This document shows positions 9,874-20,038 of a stretch of 64,000 bases of DNA, piece by piece (position 1 is the stretch's first letter; the number at the start of each line of letters is the position of its first letter). A program made the translations under genes and the position numbers. The stretch lies in assembly GCA_965223705.1 (NCBI GenBank), contig OZ245015.1, positions 4,448,001 to 4,512,000 of the forward strand, in the 5' to 3' direction. Source of the stretch: Myxococcota bacterium (GTDB lineage Bacteria; Myxococcota_A; UBA9160; UBA6930). Below the pieces are notes generated by a model, which made no database searches, was not told the origin of the DNA, and saw only the letters and a program-made list of their open reading frames with translations.

Positions 9874-10983
9874 ATGACGTTCGATTTTATGTCCCTCTCT
9901 CCCGAGCGCGTGCGTTCGGGACTCGGTATCGCGAGCACCGTCGCCGAGGAAGTCGATCGCGTGGGCGGCCAGCGCGCATTGATCATCACGGGCAACACCC
10001 TCGCGAACAAGACGGACCTGGCGAATCGCCTCAAAGGGCATCTCGGCGAGCGATGCGCCGGCATCTTCGACGGTTCGAAGCAACACGTCCTCGCATCGAG
10101 CGTCGACGACGCAGTTTCCGAGTTCGACCGCACCGGTGCCGACGTCCTCATCTCCTTCGGCGGGGGGAGTCCGATCGATACGGCGAAGATGGTGGCCTAT
10201 CGGCGCCTCCAATCCGGAACATCGGTGCCCCCGCATATCGCGATCCCCACCACGCTGTCCGCCGGAGAGTTCACGCATGCCGCGGGCATGACCGACGAGA
10301 AGACCCGGGTCAAGGGCGTGTATTTCGGCATCGAACTCATGCCGCGCACGGTGCTCCTCGACCCGGAAGTCACGGTGGAAACGCCGGATTGGCTATGGGG
10401 TGCAACCGGGCTTCGGGCCATGGATCACGCGGTCGAAGCGATCTGGGCGAAGCCCCCCCATCCACTGGTGTCGACGTTGGCGCTTCGCGCCGCGCACGAC
10501 CTGCGGGAGTACCTGCCGCGATCACGGGACAAGAAAGATCTCGAGCTCAGGCTGTGCTGCCAACACGCGGCCTGGATGTCGATCTTCGGCCTGCTCAACT
10601 TGGGACTTCGGCTGACCCATCCGATCGGTCATCAACTCGGCGCGCGCTTCGACATTCCTCACGGCGTGACGTCTTGCGTGGTGCTGCCGGAAGCGATGCG
10701 ATTCTTCGCGGGCCGCACCGCCGGTGCCCAGGCAGAGATCGCGGAGGCCTTCGGTGTGGCGGAGGGCGATGAGGCGGCCTCCGCCGGCGCGGCCGCCGAC
10801 GCCATTGAGAAGCTCGTCTCGGATCTATCGCTGCCGAGCCGGCTTTCAGAGACCAGCGCGCGCGAGGACGAACTCGGCGAGGTCGCGGTATCGATCGCGG
10901 AGGAGCTCCGCGAATTCAATTCTCCCGACACGGATCTCGCGACCGCGGACGCGCTCGAGGCGCTCCTCCGGAAGGTCTGGTGA
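9874..10983 (+). CDS. Iron-containing alcohol dehydrogenase / maleylacetate reductase-like
   Basis: GGGSPIDTAK, IPTTLSAGE, DHAVE, HPIGHQLG, PHG. Confidence 0.88.
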   Translation: MTFDFMSLSPERVRSGLGIASTVAEEVDRVGGQRALIITGNTLANKTDLANRLKGHLGERCAGIFDGSKQHVLASSVDDAVSEFDRTGADVLISFGGGSPIDTAKMVAYRRLQSGTSVPPHIAIPTTLSAGEFTHAAGMTDEKTRVKGVYFGIELMPRTVLLDPEVTVETPDWLWGATGLRAMDHAVEAIWAKPPHPLVSTLALRAAHDLREYLPRSRDKKDLELRLCCQHAAWMSIFGLLNLGLRLTHPIGHQLGARFDIPHGVTSCVVLPEAMRFFAGRTAGAQAEIAEAFGVAEGDEAASAGAAADAIEKLVSDLSLPSRLSETSAREDELGEVAVSIAEELREFNSPDTDLATADALEALLRKVW

Positions 10984-10984
10984 G

Positions 10985-12100
10985 CTAAGACGCGGCGAGC
11001 TTGTCGACGTCGATGTGGTAGAGCTCGGCGACGTTTCTGCACAAGATTGCTTCGCGCTGTTCCGCGCTCAGATGCTTCGAGTGCTCCGCGATGAGCTCCT
11101 GTGACATCGGCCACGTCGAGTCGCTGTGCGGGAAGTCGTTCGCCCACATCAAGCGGCGCCAGTTCATGGCGTCCGCGTCGCGGAACGCGACCCAATCGTC
11201 CTGGAACGTCAGATAGATGTGCTCGGCGAAGTATTCCGAGGGAAGCTTCTCGAGTTCCTCGCCCTTGTGCAGCCAAGCGCGGTGGCGCTTGTAGGCGTGA
11301 TCCATTCGGTACATGTAGTGCGGAACCCATCCGGCGTCCGCTTCGACACACACGATCTTGAGTTCGGGGAAGCGCTTGAAGACGCCGCCGAAAATCAGCG
11401 TCCCCATGATGTCCTGATTGCCCCGGATGATGCTCATGAAGTTGTTCATGCGCGGTCCGCGCGTCTGCACACTGTCTCGCGTTGTCAGGATGTGGAACGA
11501 GAGCGGCATGTCGAGCTCGATCGCGGTCTCCCAGAATGGATTCCAAACCGGGGAATCGAAATCTTCGCCCTGGGGATTTCCGGAAACCATGACGCCGGGC
11601 AGACCGAGTGCGTGGATATTCTTGAGATCCTGCACGCCGTCTTCGACCGAGCGCAGCGCGGTCTGTCCGCAACCGAGCAATCGCGTCGGGTCGTACTCGC
11701 AGTAGGCCGTGATCCAGCGGTTGTACGCGTCGAAACACGCCTGTTTGTAGTCGTAGTCTTCGTGGTTGCAGATCATCATGCCGACGGTCGGGTAAATGAT
11801 CTCCGCGTCGACGCCGTCGCGAATCTGGTCTTCCCGACGCGCCGCAGGATCCCAGCCACTGCGGTGCAGCTCCTCGAACTTGACGCCGGTCATCCTGAGC
11901 TGCTCCGACGGGACGCCAGCCGCAGCCACGAGGCCCATGGGGATGGGCTTCTTCATACCCTCGACAAAAAACAGGTCGCCCTTCTCGCCGCAATTTCTCA
12001 GCTGCGGAGCTTTGTCCTTCCACTTCGCATCGATGAAATCGACGTAGGTCGACGGGTGCTCGGTGATGTGCGAATCCGCGGAAATAATCGGGTAGCTCAC
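10985..12100 (-). CDS. Amidohydrolase_2 family protein
   Basis: ISADSHITE, FH, VEADAGW, MWANDFPHSDSTWP. Confidence 0.9.
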   Translation of the reverse strand: MSYPIISADSHITEHPSTYVDFIDAKWKDKAPQLRNCGEKGDLFFVEGMKKPIPMGLVAAAGVPSEQLRMTGVKFEELHRSGWDPAARREDQIRDGVDAEIIYPTVGMMICNHEDYDYKQACFDAYNRWITAYCEYDPTRLLGCGQTALRSVEDGVQDLKNIHALGLPGVMVSGNPQGEDFDSPVWNPFWETAIELDMPLSFHILTTRDSVQTRGPRMNNFMSIIRGNQDIMGTLIFGGVFKRFPELKIVCVEADAGWVPHYMYRMDHAYKRHRAWLHKGEELEKLPSEYFAEHIYLTFQDDWVAFRDADAMNWRRLMWANDFPHSDSTWPMSQELIAEHSKHLSAEQREAILCRNVAELYHIDVDKLAAS

Positions 12101-13773
12101 GCGCGGCCTCCTCGTAGCACCTGGCCCGGCAACGCGTCGGTCGCCTTCACGGTGTCTTGGTCGTCTTGGCGAATGACGGTGCCGTTTACAACCACCGCCT
12201 TGAAACCCTCGGCGTCTTCGACCAACCGGTCCGCGCCGCCCGGGAAGTCGTAGACCCTTCGCAAGCCTTTGCAGGTGACGCGATCGGCGTCGAACACCGT
12301 AATGTCGGCCGCCAGGCCTTCGGCGAGGCGGCCGCGCCCCTTGATGCCGAACAAGTCGGCGGGCTCACTGGTCAAGCGGCGCACCGCTTCCTCGACGGTC
12401 AAGTGCTTCTTCTCGCGCACCCATTTGCCGAGCAGTGTCGACGGGAGACCCGCGTCACACAGCTGACTTGCGTGAGCGCCGGCATCGGAAAGGCCGAGGA
12501 CCGTGCTCGGATGCCGCAGGAAATCCCCGACGGCGTCATCATCGGCGTTCGCTACGGGCATTCGGAAGCGGGCCTCGAGCTCGGTGTCGAGCGAGAGGTC
12601 GAGTGCCAAATCGACGGGATGGGTCCCGCGCTCTTCGGCGACTTCCGCCAACGTGCGCTCCTCGATGCTCTCGTCGGGCTCGTAACCGCTGATCGCCATC
12701 TGGTGGATGCGATCTTTCAACCGGCTGCCGTCGATGCGTTCGCGCAGCGCCTGGCGGAAAGAAGGATCTGCGTAGATCTCTTTCTTTCCGTCGAAATCCG
12801 CCTTGGAGACCGGCTTCATCACCGTCAGCGGTTCCAACGGGAAGGGCGCCTTGAACTGGAACTCGAACATCAGGGCCCGCGGCGTCACCTGCGGGTAGAC
12901 CGGAACGCCTTCCGCGTGAAGTGCCGCGTGCTGATCGAGGATCTCGCCGTGGGGTTGCTTCATGAACCCGGCCAGGAGCGCCGTCCATGTCACGGGCTTG
13001 CCGGTCGCCCGAACCAGCTCGGCGAACTGCGGCGTGGTCAGGCCGGGGCCGATGGTCGCTTGGATCAAACCGTGATCCACTTCTGTCAGTGCGCCGGCCA
13101 GCTCGAGAATCTCGTGATGGGAAGCGGCGCGGCTCGGCACAGGATTGCCGTCGTAGCCGACGTGCGTGACGGCTTTCGAAGTTGCGAAGCCGATCGCACC
13201 CGCGTCGAGGGCCTCGCGTACGAGGCGACGCTGTGCGGCGATCTCGTCCGCCGTAGCTTCGCGCGAGACCGCGTCCTCGCCGAGCACGTAGGTGCGCAGT
13301 GGCGTATGCCCGATCAATGCCGCGACGTTGATCGCCGTGCCTTGTTTGTCGAGAGCGTCGAGATACTCGGGGAAGGTCTCGAAGGGCCACGTTTCGCCGA
13401 GGCCCGCTTGCAGCGCCGACAGCGACATCCCTTCGACGTTCTCGAGGGTGCGCAACATCAGATCTCGGTGCTGCGGCAACGTCGGCGCGACGCCGAACCC
13501 GCAGTTGCCCATGACGACGGACGTGACGCCGTGCCACGGACTGACGGACAGCAGCGGATCCCAAAAGACCTGAGCGTCGTAGTGGGTGTGAATGTCGACG
13601 AAGCCCGGAGCGACTACGCAGCCGGTCGCGTCGATTTCCTTCGACGCTTCGCCCGGCACGTCTCCCAACGCGACGATCTTGTCACCGCGAATTCCGACGT
13701 CCCCCGGGCGGCCCGCCGCCCCGGTGCCGTCGACGAGTGTTCCGCCGCGAATCGCGAGATCGAGTTGAGACAT
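12097..13773 (-). CDS. N-acyl-D-amino-acid deacylase-like amidohydrolase
   Basis: LAIRGGTLVDGTG, PGFVDIHTHYDAQ, GNCG, SDAGAH; start MSQLD at 13773. Confidence 0.9.
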   Translation of the reverse strand: MSQLDLAIRGGTLVDGTGAAGRPGDVGIRGDKIVALGDVPGEASKEIDATGCVVAPGFVDIHTHYDAQVFWDPLLSVSPWHGVTSVVMGNCGFGVAPTLPQHRDLMLRTLENVEGMSLSALQAGLGETWPFETFPEYLDALDKQGTAINVAALIGHTPLRTYVLGEDAVSREATADEIAAQRRLVREALDAGAIGFATSKAVTHVGYDGNPVPSRAASHHEILELAGALTEVDHGLIQATIGPGLTTPQFAELVRATGKPVTWTALLAGFMKQPHGEILDQHAALHAEGVPVYPQVTPRALMFEFQFKAPFPLEPLTVMKPVSKADFDGKKEIYADPSFRQALRERIDGSRLKDRIHQMAISGYEPDESIEERTLAEVAEERGTHPVDLALDLSLDTELEARFRMPVANADDDAVGDFLRHPSTVLGLSDAGAHASQLCDAGLPSTLLGKWVREKKHLTVEEAVRRLTSEPADLFGIKGRGRLAEGLAADITVFDADRVTCKGLRRVYDFPGGADRLVEDAEGFKAVVVNGTVIRQDDQDTVKATDALPGQVLRGGRA

Positions 13774-13885
13774 GGAAGCTCCTTCGTGATGATGAATTCT
13801 AACATCAGTTCGAAAATGATGCTCGGCGCTCTCCCCGGAGAATAACCCGCTGGATCGAGGCGTTGGGTTGTTACGCTCCGGCGCG

Positions 13886-15757
13886 ATGGAACACTCGGGT
13901 GCGAGCTTCGTTTTTGCCCTGGCCCTCTGTGCCGGTGTGATGTGCCAGGTCGTTGCCAGGCACCTGCGGGTGCCGAGCATCGTCCTTCTGCTCGCAGCCG
14001 GCGTGCTGCTAGGCCCGGACGGAGCGGGCTGGGTGGTGCCCGAAGCACTCGGCGAAGGGCTGTTCCAGATCGTTCGACTCGCGGTCGCAGTCATCCTCTT
14101 CGAAGGGGGACTGAACCTCGAACTGCGGCGCCTGCGACGGGAAAGTGCACCGATCCGGATGCTCGTGACGGTGGGCGCCGTCGTGACCGGCTTGGGCGGC
14201 GCACTCGCGGCGCGCGTGTTCATGGATTGGAGTTGGTCCCTCGCGGCCCTGTTCGGGGCACTCGTGGTGGTGACGGGCCCGACCGTGATCAAGCCCCTCC
14301 TCCGCATCGCGCGCCTGCGTCCGCGGGTCGCGACGGTGCTCGAAGCCGAAGGCGTTCTGATCGACCCGGTGGGTGCGATCCTCGCCGCGGTCACGCTCGA
14401 AGTGATCCTCCAGGCGAGCGTCGACCCGCTCCTCGGCGGACTCTTCCAGCGCTTGGCGTTCGGCACCGCGGCCGGACTCGCGTTCGGGTACGTGCTGGCG
14501 GCATTGTTGCGTTCCCCGCGGATCATTCCCGAGGGCTTTGCGAACCTCGCCACGTTGGGCCTGGTTCTGGTTCTCTTCGAGCTGTGTGACCTCTACTGGC
14601 CAGAAACCGGCATCCTCGCCGTGACCGTCGCCGGTGTGGTGGTCGGGAATGCGAGAGCGAGTCGCATCTCGAAGGAGCTCGGCGAGTTCGAAGAGTTCCT
14701 CACGGTCGCGTTGATCGCACTCTTGTTCGTGCTGCTGGCGGCCGACGTCCGCCTCGCCTCGGTCATCGGTCTCGGTTGGCCCGGCGTCGCAACGGTCGCG
14801 ACGCTCGTCCTGCTGGTCCGTCCCCTGAACGTGCTGCTCAGCACCTACGGGTCCGAACTCGACGTGAAAGAGCGCGTGTTCTTGTCCTGGGTCGCTCCCC
14901 GCGGCGTGGTCGCGGCAGCCATCGCGTCTCTCTTCGCCGCGGTTCTCGAGGCGGAGGGCTTCGAAGGCGGCCGCGAGTTTCGCGCGCTGGTGTTTCTGAC
15001 GATCGGCGTCACGGTGATCCTTCAGGGAGGAACCGCTCCGCTGCTCGCGCGGGCTCTCGGCTTGCGCATGCCCGGGCGCGATACCTACGTGATCCTGGGT
15101 GCCGAAGAGCTCGCGCTCGCGCTGGGCGACGTCCTGCGCGCGGCAAACCTGCCGGTCACCTTCGTCGACAGCAATCCGAAGCACTGCCAAGCGGCCTCGG
15201 AGCGCGGCTTCACCGTCGTGTACGGCAACGCGCTGGCTTTCGCGACGCTCGCGCGCGCCCGACTCGAGCGGGCCCGCGCCGTGCTGGGGATCACGCCGAA
15301 CGACGAGGTCAACAGCCTCTTCGCCCGTGAGGCAACGGACGACTTCGGTGTCGAGAGTACGTACGTCGCCCGTTCTCGGGATCAGTCATCGGTCCGGGAG
15401 CGGATCCTCGAGAAGCAGGGAAGCCACGCACTGTTCGACGGACCGACCGACGTCCTGCGTTGGAATGTGCGATTTCGCCATCAACTGGGCGACGTGACGC
15501 GCTTCCGATTTGTCGGCACCTCCGAAGAGAGCGAGGAGAACGGTCGGCACGACGACGGCTATATCCTCTTGACGCGTCGCCGCGGCGAGGAAGTCGTTCC
15601 GATGCATATGGGGTTGGCGATTCGCGAAGGCGACGAAGCCGATGTCGCTCTGTTCCTGACCGAACGAGACGACATGATCGAGAAACTGCGACGAAGCGGA
15701 TGGGAAGCCGTGCGACCGACGGACGAGGCGTCGGAGGACGACTCCACGGCGGCCTGA
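13886..15757 (+). CDS. CPA1 (NhaP-type) cation:proton antiporter with C-terminal TrkA-N/RCK domain
   Basis: VILFEGGL, VTGPTVI, EGVLIDP, APRGVVAA, followed by a Rossmann-like RCK domain. Confidence 0.9.
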   Translation: MEHSGASFVFALALCAGVMCQVVARHLRVPSIVLLLAAGVLLGPDGAGWVVPEALGEGLFQIVRLAVAVILFEGGLNLELRRLRRESAPIRMLVTVGAVVTGLGGALAARVFMDWSWSLAALFGALVVVTGPTVIKPLLRIARLRPRVATVLEAEGVLIDPVGAILAAVTLEVILQASVDPLLGGLFQRLAFGTAAGLAFGYVLAALLRSPRIIPEGFANLATLGLVLVLFELCDLYWPETGILAVTVAGVVVGNARASRISKELGEFEEFLTVALIALLFVLLAADVRLASVIGLGWPGVATVATLVLLVRPLNVLLSTYGSELDVKERVFLSWVAPRGVVAAAIASLFAAVLEAEGFEGGREFRALVFLTIGVTVILQGGTAPLLARALGLRMPGRDTYVILGAEELALALGDVLRAANLPVTFVDSNPKHCQAASERGFTVVYGNALAFATLARARLERARAVLGITPNDEVNSLFAREATDDFGVESTYVARSRDQSSVRERILEKQGSHALFDGPTDVLRWNVRFRHQLGDVTRFRFVGTSEESEENGRHDDGYILLTRRRGEEVVPMHMGLAIREGDEADVALFLTERDDMIEKLRRSGWEAVRPTDEASEDDSTAA

Positions 15758-15841
15758 CAGGCTAGCCCGTCGCAAGCGCGACGAGAAGACTTTTCAAACC
15801 CGTCGATTTGCCGTAGAACGGTCCTTCGCGCGTGTGTCAGC

Positions 15842-18025
15842 GTGACGCACGCGGGCCTAGGGGGGGCCGTGCAGGACCCGTTGCGAGACGCGGCAGCGGA
15901 CGACGAGATCCACGCGATCGTCCGCGAAGAACTCGACCTACTGGCCGATGTCACGAACCGGCTCGAGAACAGCCCCGCCGAGGTCGCTCCCTCGGAAGAC
16001 AACCTCGTTCGAGAGCTCGAGGTCATCCGGGATCAGCTGCTACGCGGCAAGCTCGATTTCTATGAACGCTCCGCTCTGTCGACGCGCTGGAACGTTCAGT
16101 CGGCGCTGCTCAAGCGGCTGCGTGAAAACCGCGCGGCGCCGAAAGTCGATCCGTCCTCGCCGTACTTCGCACACCTGAGGCTCCGGGAAGCGGGTCGCAC
16201 ACGCGAAGTGTGCATCGGTCGCGCGACGTGCTTGAGCAATGGCCTGCGCATTGTCGACTGGAGGCACGCGCCGATCGCACGGATCTTCTACCGGTATCGG
16301 CAGGAGGAAGAGTACGAAGAAGAAGTGAGCGGAAAACTGCGGACCGGGCACGTGCTGGCCCGCAGGACGGTTGCGATCCGCAGCGCGCGGCTCGAGCGCG
16401 TCGACGCGCCGGAGGGAAGCTTCGCGACGTCCCCCCAGTCGGGTTGGTCGCGCCTCGCTACGTCTGGAGCGAGACTGACCGGCGGCGAAGGAGTGGCCCT
16501 TCGTTTCCATCAAGGTGGCAGCGGCGTCGATCGTCGGCTGGGCACCGACGTCTCGGGAAACGAGCAACGCCTCGATCGCCGGCTGCCGGACATCGCGGGG
16601 CTCATCGATCCGGAACAGTTCGCTCTGATCGCCCGTCCTTCCGCGGGGTTCGTGGCCATTCGCGGCGCCGCCGGCTCGGGCAAGACGACGGTCGCCCTCC
16701 ATCGGATCGCCTACCTCGCGTACGAAGATCCGCGTATCGACTCCCCGGAAACCCTGTTCGTCGTGTTTTCCCGAGCTCTTCGAGACTACGTGGCGCACGT
16801 GCTCCCCGCGCTCGGTGTCCCGAACGCGAAGATGAGCACATTTCAAGATTGGGCGGCCACCCAGCGGCGAGCACTCTTTGCCGACCTTCCGGTTACACCG
16901 AGAGAAGACACGCCCGCCGCCGTGCAGCGGCTCAAATTGCACCCACTCTTGGGACAAGCTCTCGAAGAGCACGTTCGACTCCAGCCGGGACCCAAAACGC
17001 CCGCGCAGGCTTTCGACGACTGGGCGAGCGTACTGACGAACGAAGAACGTCTCGTCGACTTGTTCTCTCGCGAGGCGCCCGATGCCTTGTCTCCGGAACG
17101 GATTCGCGACGCGTGCCGATGGTCGCGGGCGCGCTACGAAGAGCTCAGCGCGTGGCTCGCCGGTGACCGAAACGCTGACGCCGCCCTCGACCCCGAGGAC
17201 GACGCTCTGTTGTTGCGCGCGTGGCAACTCCGTGTCGGACCGATTCCCACGGCGGGAGGCCACCCGCTGCGCTACCGGCACGTCGCGATCGACGAAGTAC
17301 AGGACTTCTCCCCCAACGAAGTCCGCGTGCTGCTCGACTGCGTCGACGAGCACAAGAGCCTGACCTTGGCCGGCGACACGCAGCAGCACATCGTGCAGGG
17401 CTCGGGGTTCACGTCGTGGGAGCGATTCTTCGGTGACCTCGGCATCGGCGGAACGGAGGTCAGCACGCTTCAGGTGAGCTACCGATCGTCCCGGTCGATC
17501 ACCGGGTTCGCGCTGGCCGTTCTCGGCGACGCACGAGACCCGCATTCGGAAGTGACGACGACCCGCGACGGCCCGCCGGTCGAGTGTTTTCAGTTCACGG
17601 ATGAAGGAGCGAGCGTCGCGTTCTTGAGCGAAGCGCTCATCGCGCTGACCGACACGGAACCGATGGCCTCCGTCGCCCTCCTCACGCCTTCACCCGAAAC
17701 CAGCGAGCTCTATTGGCGCGGTCTCGAGCAAAGCGACGTCCCGCGGCTGCGCCACGTAAAGAATCAGGATTTCCGGTTTAGCCCTGGCATCGAAGTCACG
17801 GAAATCGAACAAGCGAAAGGGCTCGAGTTCGATTACGTGATCGTTCTCGACGCCGACGAAGAGCATTTCCCGGACGATCTCGCGCACCGGCGTCTCCTAC
17901 ACGTCGGCGCCACCCGGGCCATCCACCAACTTTGGCTGGTGCACACGCGCCCGGTGTCGCCGGTCGTCGCCGAAGCCATCGCCGACACCCAGCGCCAGCG
18001 CGAAGATTGCGAGGAGCCGAAGTGA
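15842..18025 (+). CDS. HelD-like SF1 (UvrD/Rep family) ATPase
   Basis: N-terminal PYFAH..IGR..VDWR; DPEQ; Walker A GAAGSGKT(T)VALHRIAYL; IDEVQD, GDTQQ, SYRS, KGLEFD, TRA. Confidence 0.82.
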   Translation: MTHAGLGGAVQDPLRDAAADDEIHAIVREELDLLADVTNRLENSPAEVAPSEDNLVRELEVIRDQLLRGKLDFYERSALSTRWNVQSALLKRLRENRAAPKVDPSSPYFAHLRLREAGRTREVCIGRATCLSNGLRIVDWRHAPIARIFYRYRQEEEYEEEVSGKLRTGHVLARRTVAIRSARLERVDAPEGSFATSPQSGWSRLATSGARLTGGEGVALRFHQGGSGVDRRLGTDVSGNEQRLDRRLPDIAGLIDPEQFALIARPSAGFVAIRGAAGSGKTTVALHRIAYLAYEDPRIDSPETLFVVFSRALRDYVAHVLPALGVPNAKMSTFQDWAATQRRALFADLPVTPREDTPAAVQRLKLHPLLGQALEEHVRLQPGPKTPAQAFDDWASVLTNEERLVDLFSREAPDALSPERIRDACRWSRARYEELSAWLAGDRNADAALDPEDDALLLRAWQLRVGPIPTAGGHPLRYRHVAIDEVQDFSPNEVRVLLDCVDEHKSLTLAGDTQQHIVQGSGFTSWERFFGDLGIGGTEVSTLQVSYRSSRSITGFALAVLGDARDPHSEVTTTRDGPPVECFQFTDEGASVAFLSEALIALTDTEPMASVALLTPSPETSELYWRGLEQSDVPRLRHVKNQDFRFSPGIEVTEIEQAKGLEFDYVIVLDADEEHFPDDLAHRRLLHVGATRAIHQLWLVHTRPVSPVVAEAIADTQRQREDCEEPK

Positions 18026-18372
18026 CAGAGCTCGCCGACCGACCTTGCCCCGCGTGCCGCAAAGATTCCCCGCGGATTGTCGGCGAACCGCTACGGATCG
18101 CGGTCGAGGAGCTCGGCGGTGGTTGGCAGGCCCAGCACGACCACCATCTGGAGAAACGGTTCCCGTTCCCGGATTTCGCGACGGCCTTGCGCTTCGTGAA
18201 CCGCGTCGGCGCCCTCGCGGAAGAGGTCGATCACCACCCGGATCTCTGGCTGCGCTGGGGCGAGGTTCGGATCTCGATCTGGAGCCACGTGATCGACGGG
18301 ATCTCCGAGACCGACGTGGTGTTCGCGGCACGGGTCGAGCGGATCTTCAAGGAGATGAAGGAGGCCTCCTAG
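18022..18372 (+). CDS. Pterin-4-alpha-carbinolamine dehydratase
   Basis: FPDFATALRFVN..AEEVDHHPD..WSH..D; GTG overlaps the upstream stop. Confidence 0.9.
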   Translation: MTELADRPCPACRKDSPRIVGEPLRIAVEELGGGWQAQHDHHLEKRFPFPDFATALRFVNRVGALAEEVDHHPDLWLRWGEVRISIWSHVIDGISETDVVFAARVERIFKEMKEAS

Positions 18373-18402
18373 GCCTCTTGCCAAGCGAGCTAAGCTCTCG
18401 CA

Positions 18403-19008
18403 ATGGCCACTTTGGAATTCTTCTTCGATTGTTCGAGCCCCTGGACGTATCTCGCTTTCCATGAGATCGAAGCATTGGCCGACGAGACCGGCGCGTCCCT
18501 CGTCTGGAAACCCTTCCTGGTCGGCGGCGTCTTCAATACGGTGAACCCCAGTGTCTATCAATCCCGCGAAACACCGGTGCCCGCCAAGGCGTCCTACATG
18601 CGCAAGGATCTGGCCGACTGGGCCCGGTACCGCGGCATCGAGATCGGCTGGCCCGAGGTATTCCCCGTGAACAGTGTCAAGGCGATGCGCGGCGCTTTCG
18701 TCGCGATCGAAGAGGGTTGCATCGGCCGCTACGCCCGCGCCGTGTTCGAGCGCTACTGGGGCCGGCTCGATGACATTTCCCAAGAAGGGGTCCTGCGGGA
18801 GATCGTGGCCGAGGTCGGGCTGGACGAAGCGAAATTTTTCGAGAAGATTGCAACTCCGGAATACAAGAATCGGCTCCGAGAGAACACCGAGGAGTTGATC
18901 ACGCGCGGGGGCTTCGGCACTCCGACGATGTTCGTCGACCACGACGATATGTATTTCGGCCAAGATCGACTCGAGCTGGTCCGCAACGCGTTGTCGGGCC
19001 GTCCCTGA
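18403..19008 (+). CDS. 2-hydroxychromene-2-carboxylate isomerase / kappa-GST (DsbA-like) protein
   Basis: EFFFDCSSPWTYL, FPVNS, GGFGTPT, FGQDRL. Confidence 0.9.
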   Translation: MATLEFFFDCSSPWTYLAFHEIEALADETGASLVWKPFLVGGVFNTVNPSVYQSRETPVPAKASYMRKDLADWARYRGIEIGWPEVFPVNSVKAMRGAFVAIEEGCIGRYARAVFERYWGRLDDISQEGVLREIVAEVGLDEAKFFEKIATPEYKNRLRENTEELITRGGFGTPTMFVDHDDMYFGQDRLELVRNALSGRP

Positions 19009-19015
19009 GGAACGC

Positions 19016-20032
19016 ATGTCGAAATCGAACGGAAGAACCATCGCGGTCGTCGGAGCGACCGGCGCCGTCGGCGAGGTCCTCCTCGGGATCCTCGAGGAGC
19101 GCGCCTTTCCGGTCGACGCGCTCAGACCGCTCGCCAGTCGAGCCGATGGGCGCACCGTCCGCTTTCGGGGTGAGGACATCCCCGTCGAGGAGACGCGCCC
19201 GGAAGCGTTCGACGGCGTCGATTTCGCGTTTTTCGCGGCGACGGGCTCGCTGTCCAAAACCCTGGCGCCCGAGGTCGCGAAGCGAGGCGGGGTGGCCATC
19301 GACAAGTCGAGCACCTGGCGACTCGACGCCTCGGTCCCGCTGGTCGTCCCCGAAATCAACCCCGACGCCCTCGAAGGGCATCGGGGCATCGTCTCCTGCC
19401 CGAACTGTACGACCATCGGGTTCGTGATGGCGCTTGAGCCGATCCGGCGCGCAGCTGGCCTCCGAAGCGTCGTCGTGACGACGCTGCAAGCGGTGAGCGG
19501 CGCCGGCAAACCGGGCGTCGAAGAGCTCGACCGACAGCTCGCGGAGATTGCAGACGGCAAAGAACCCGTGGCGAAGCAGTTCGCGGCGCCGATCGCGATG
19601 AACGTGGTTCCTTTGTGCGAGAACTTTCGCGACGACGGCTACTCGAGCGAAGAAGTGAAGCTCTTGTTCGAGACGCGCAAGATCCTCCGCGACGACGACC
19701 TCGACGTCACGATGACGTGCGTCCGAGTGCCGGTCCCGGTCGGCCACTCCGCATCGGTACTCATCGAGACCGAAAAACCGCTCGGAGCCGACGAAGCGCG
19801 GGCCGCGTGCGCGGCATTCCCGGGCGTCAAAGTCGTCGATGACACCGAGAACAACGTCTTCCCGACGCCCCGAGACGTCGAAGGAGACGATGCCGTGCTG
19901 GTCGGACGCATTCGGCGCGACCTCGGCAGCGACCGTTTGTGGCTCTGGCAGGTCTCCGACAACTTGCGCAAAGGTGCGGCGACCAACGCGGTGCAAATCG
20001 CCGAGGAAATGATGCGCCGAGGTCTCCGCTAA
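19016..20032 (+). CDS. asd: Aspartate-semialdehyde dehydrogenase
   Basis: VVGATGAVG, PLVVPEIN, CPNCTT, QAVSGAG, TCVRVPV..GHS, DNLRKGAATNAVQIAE. Confidence 0.96.
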   Translation: MSKSNGRTIAVVGATGAVGEVLLGILEERAFPVDALRPLASRADGRTVRFRGEDIPVEETRPEAFDGVDFAFFAATGSLSKTLAPEVAKRGGVAIDKSSTWRLDASVPLVVPEINPDALEGHRGIVSCPNCTTIGFVMALEPIRRAAGLRSVVVTTLQAVSGAGKPGVEELDRQLAEIADGKEPVAKQFAAPIAMNVVPLCENFRDDGYSSEEVKLLFETRKILRDDDLDVTMTCVRVPVPVGHSASVLIETEKPLGADEARAACAAFPGVKVVDDTENNVFPTPRDVEGDDAVLVGRIRRDLGSDRLWLWQVSDNLRKGAATNAVQIAEEMMRRGLR

Positions 20033-20038
20033 GCGGCG

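Noticed and set aside
10981..15757. Genome-wide TGA reassignment (Trp/Gly) as the explanation for the in-frame TGAs
   Set aside because: Many full-length genes end at TGA (e.g. 10981-10983, 15755-15757), often in ATGA/GTGA overlaps, and Trp is encoded by TGG.
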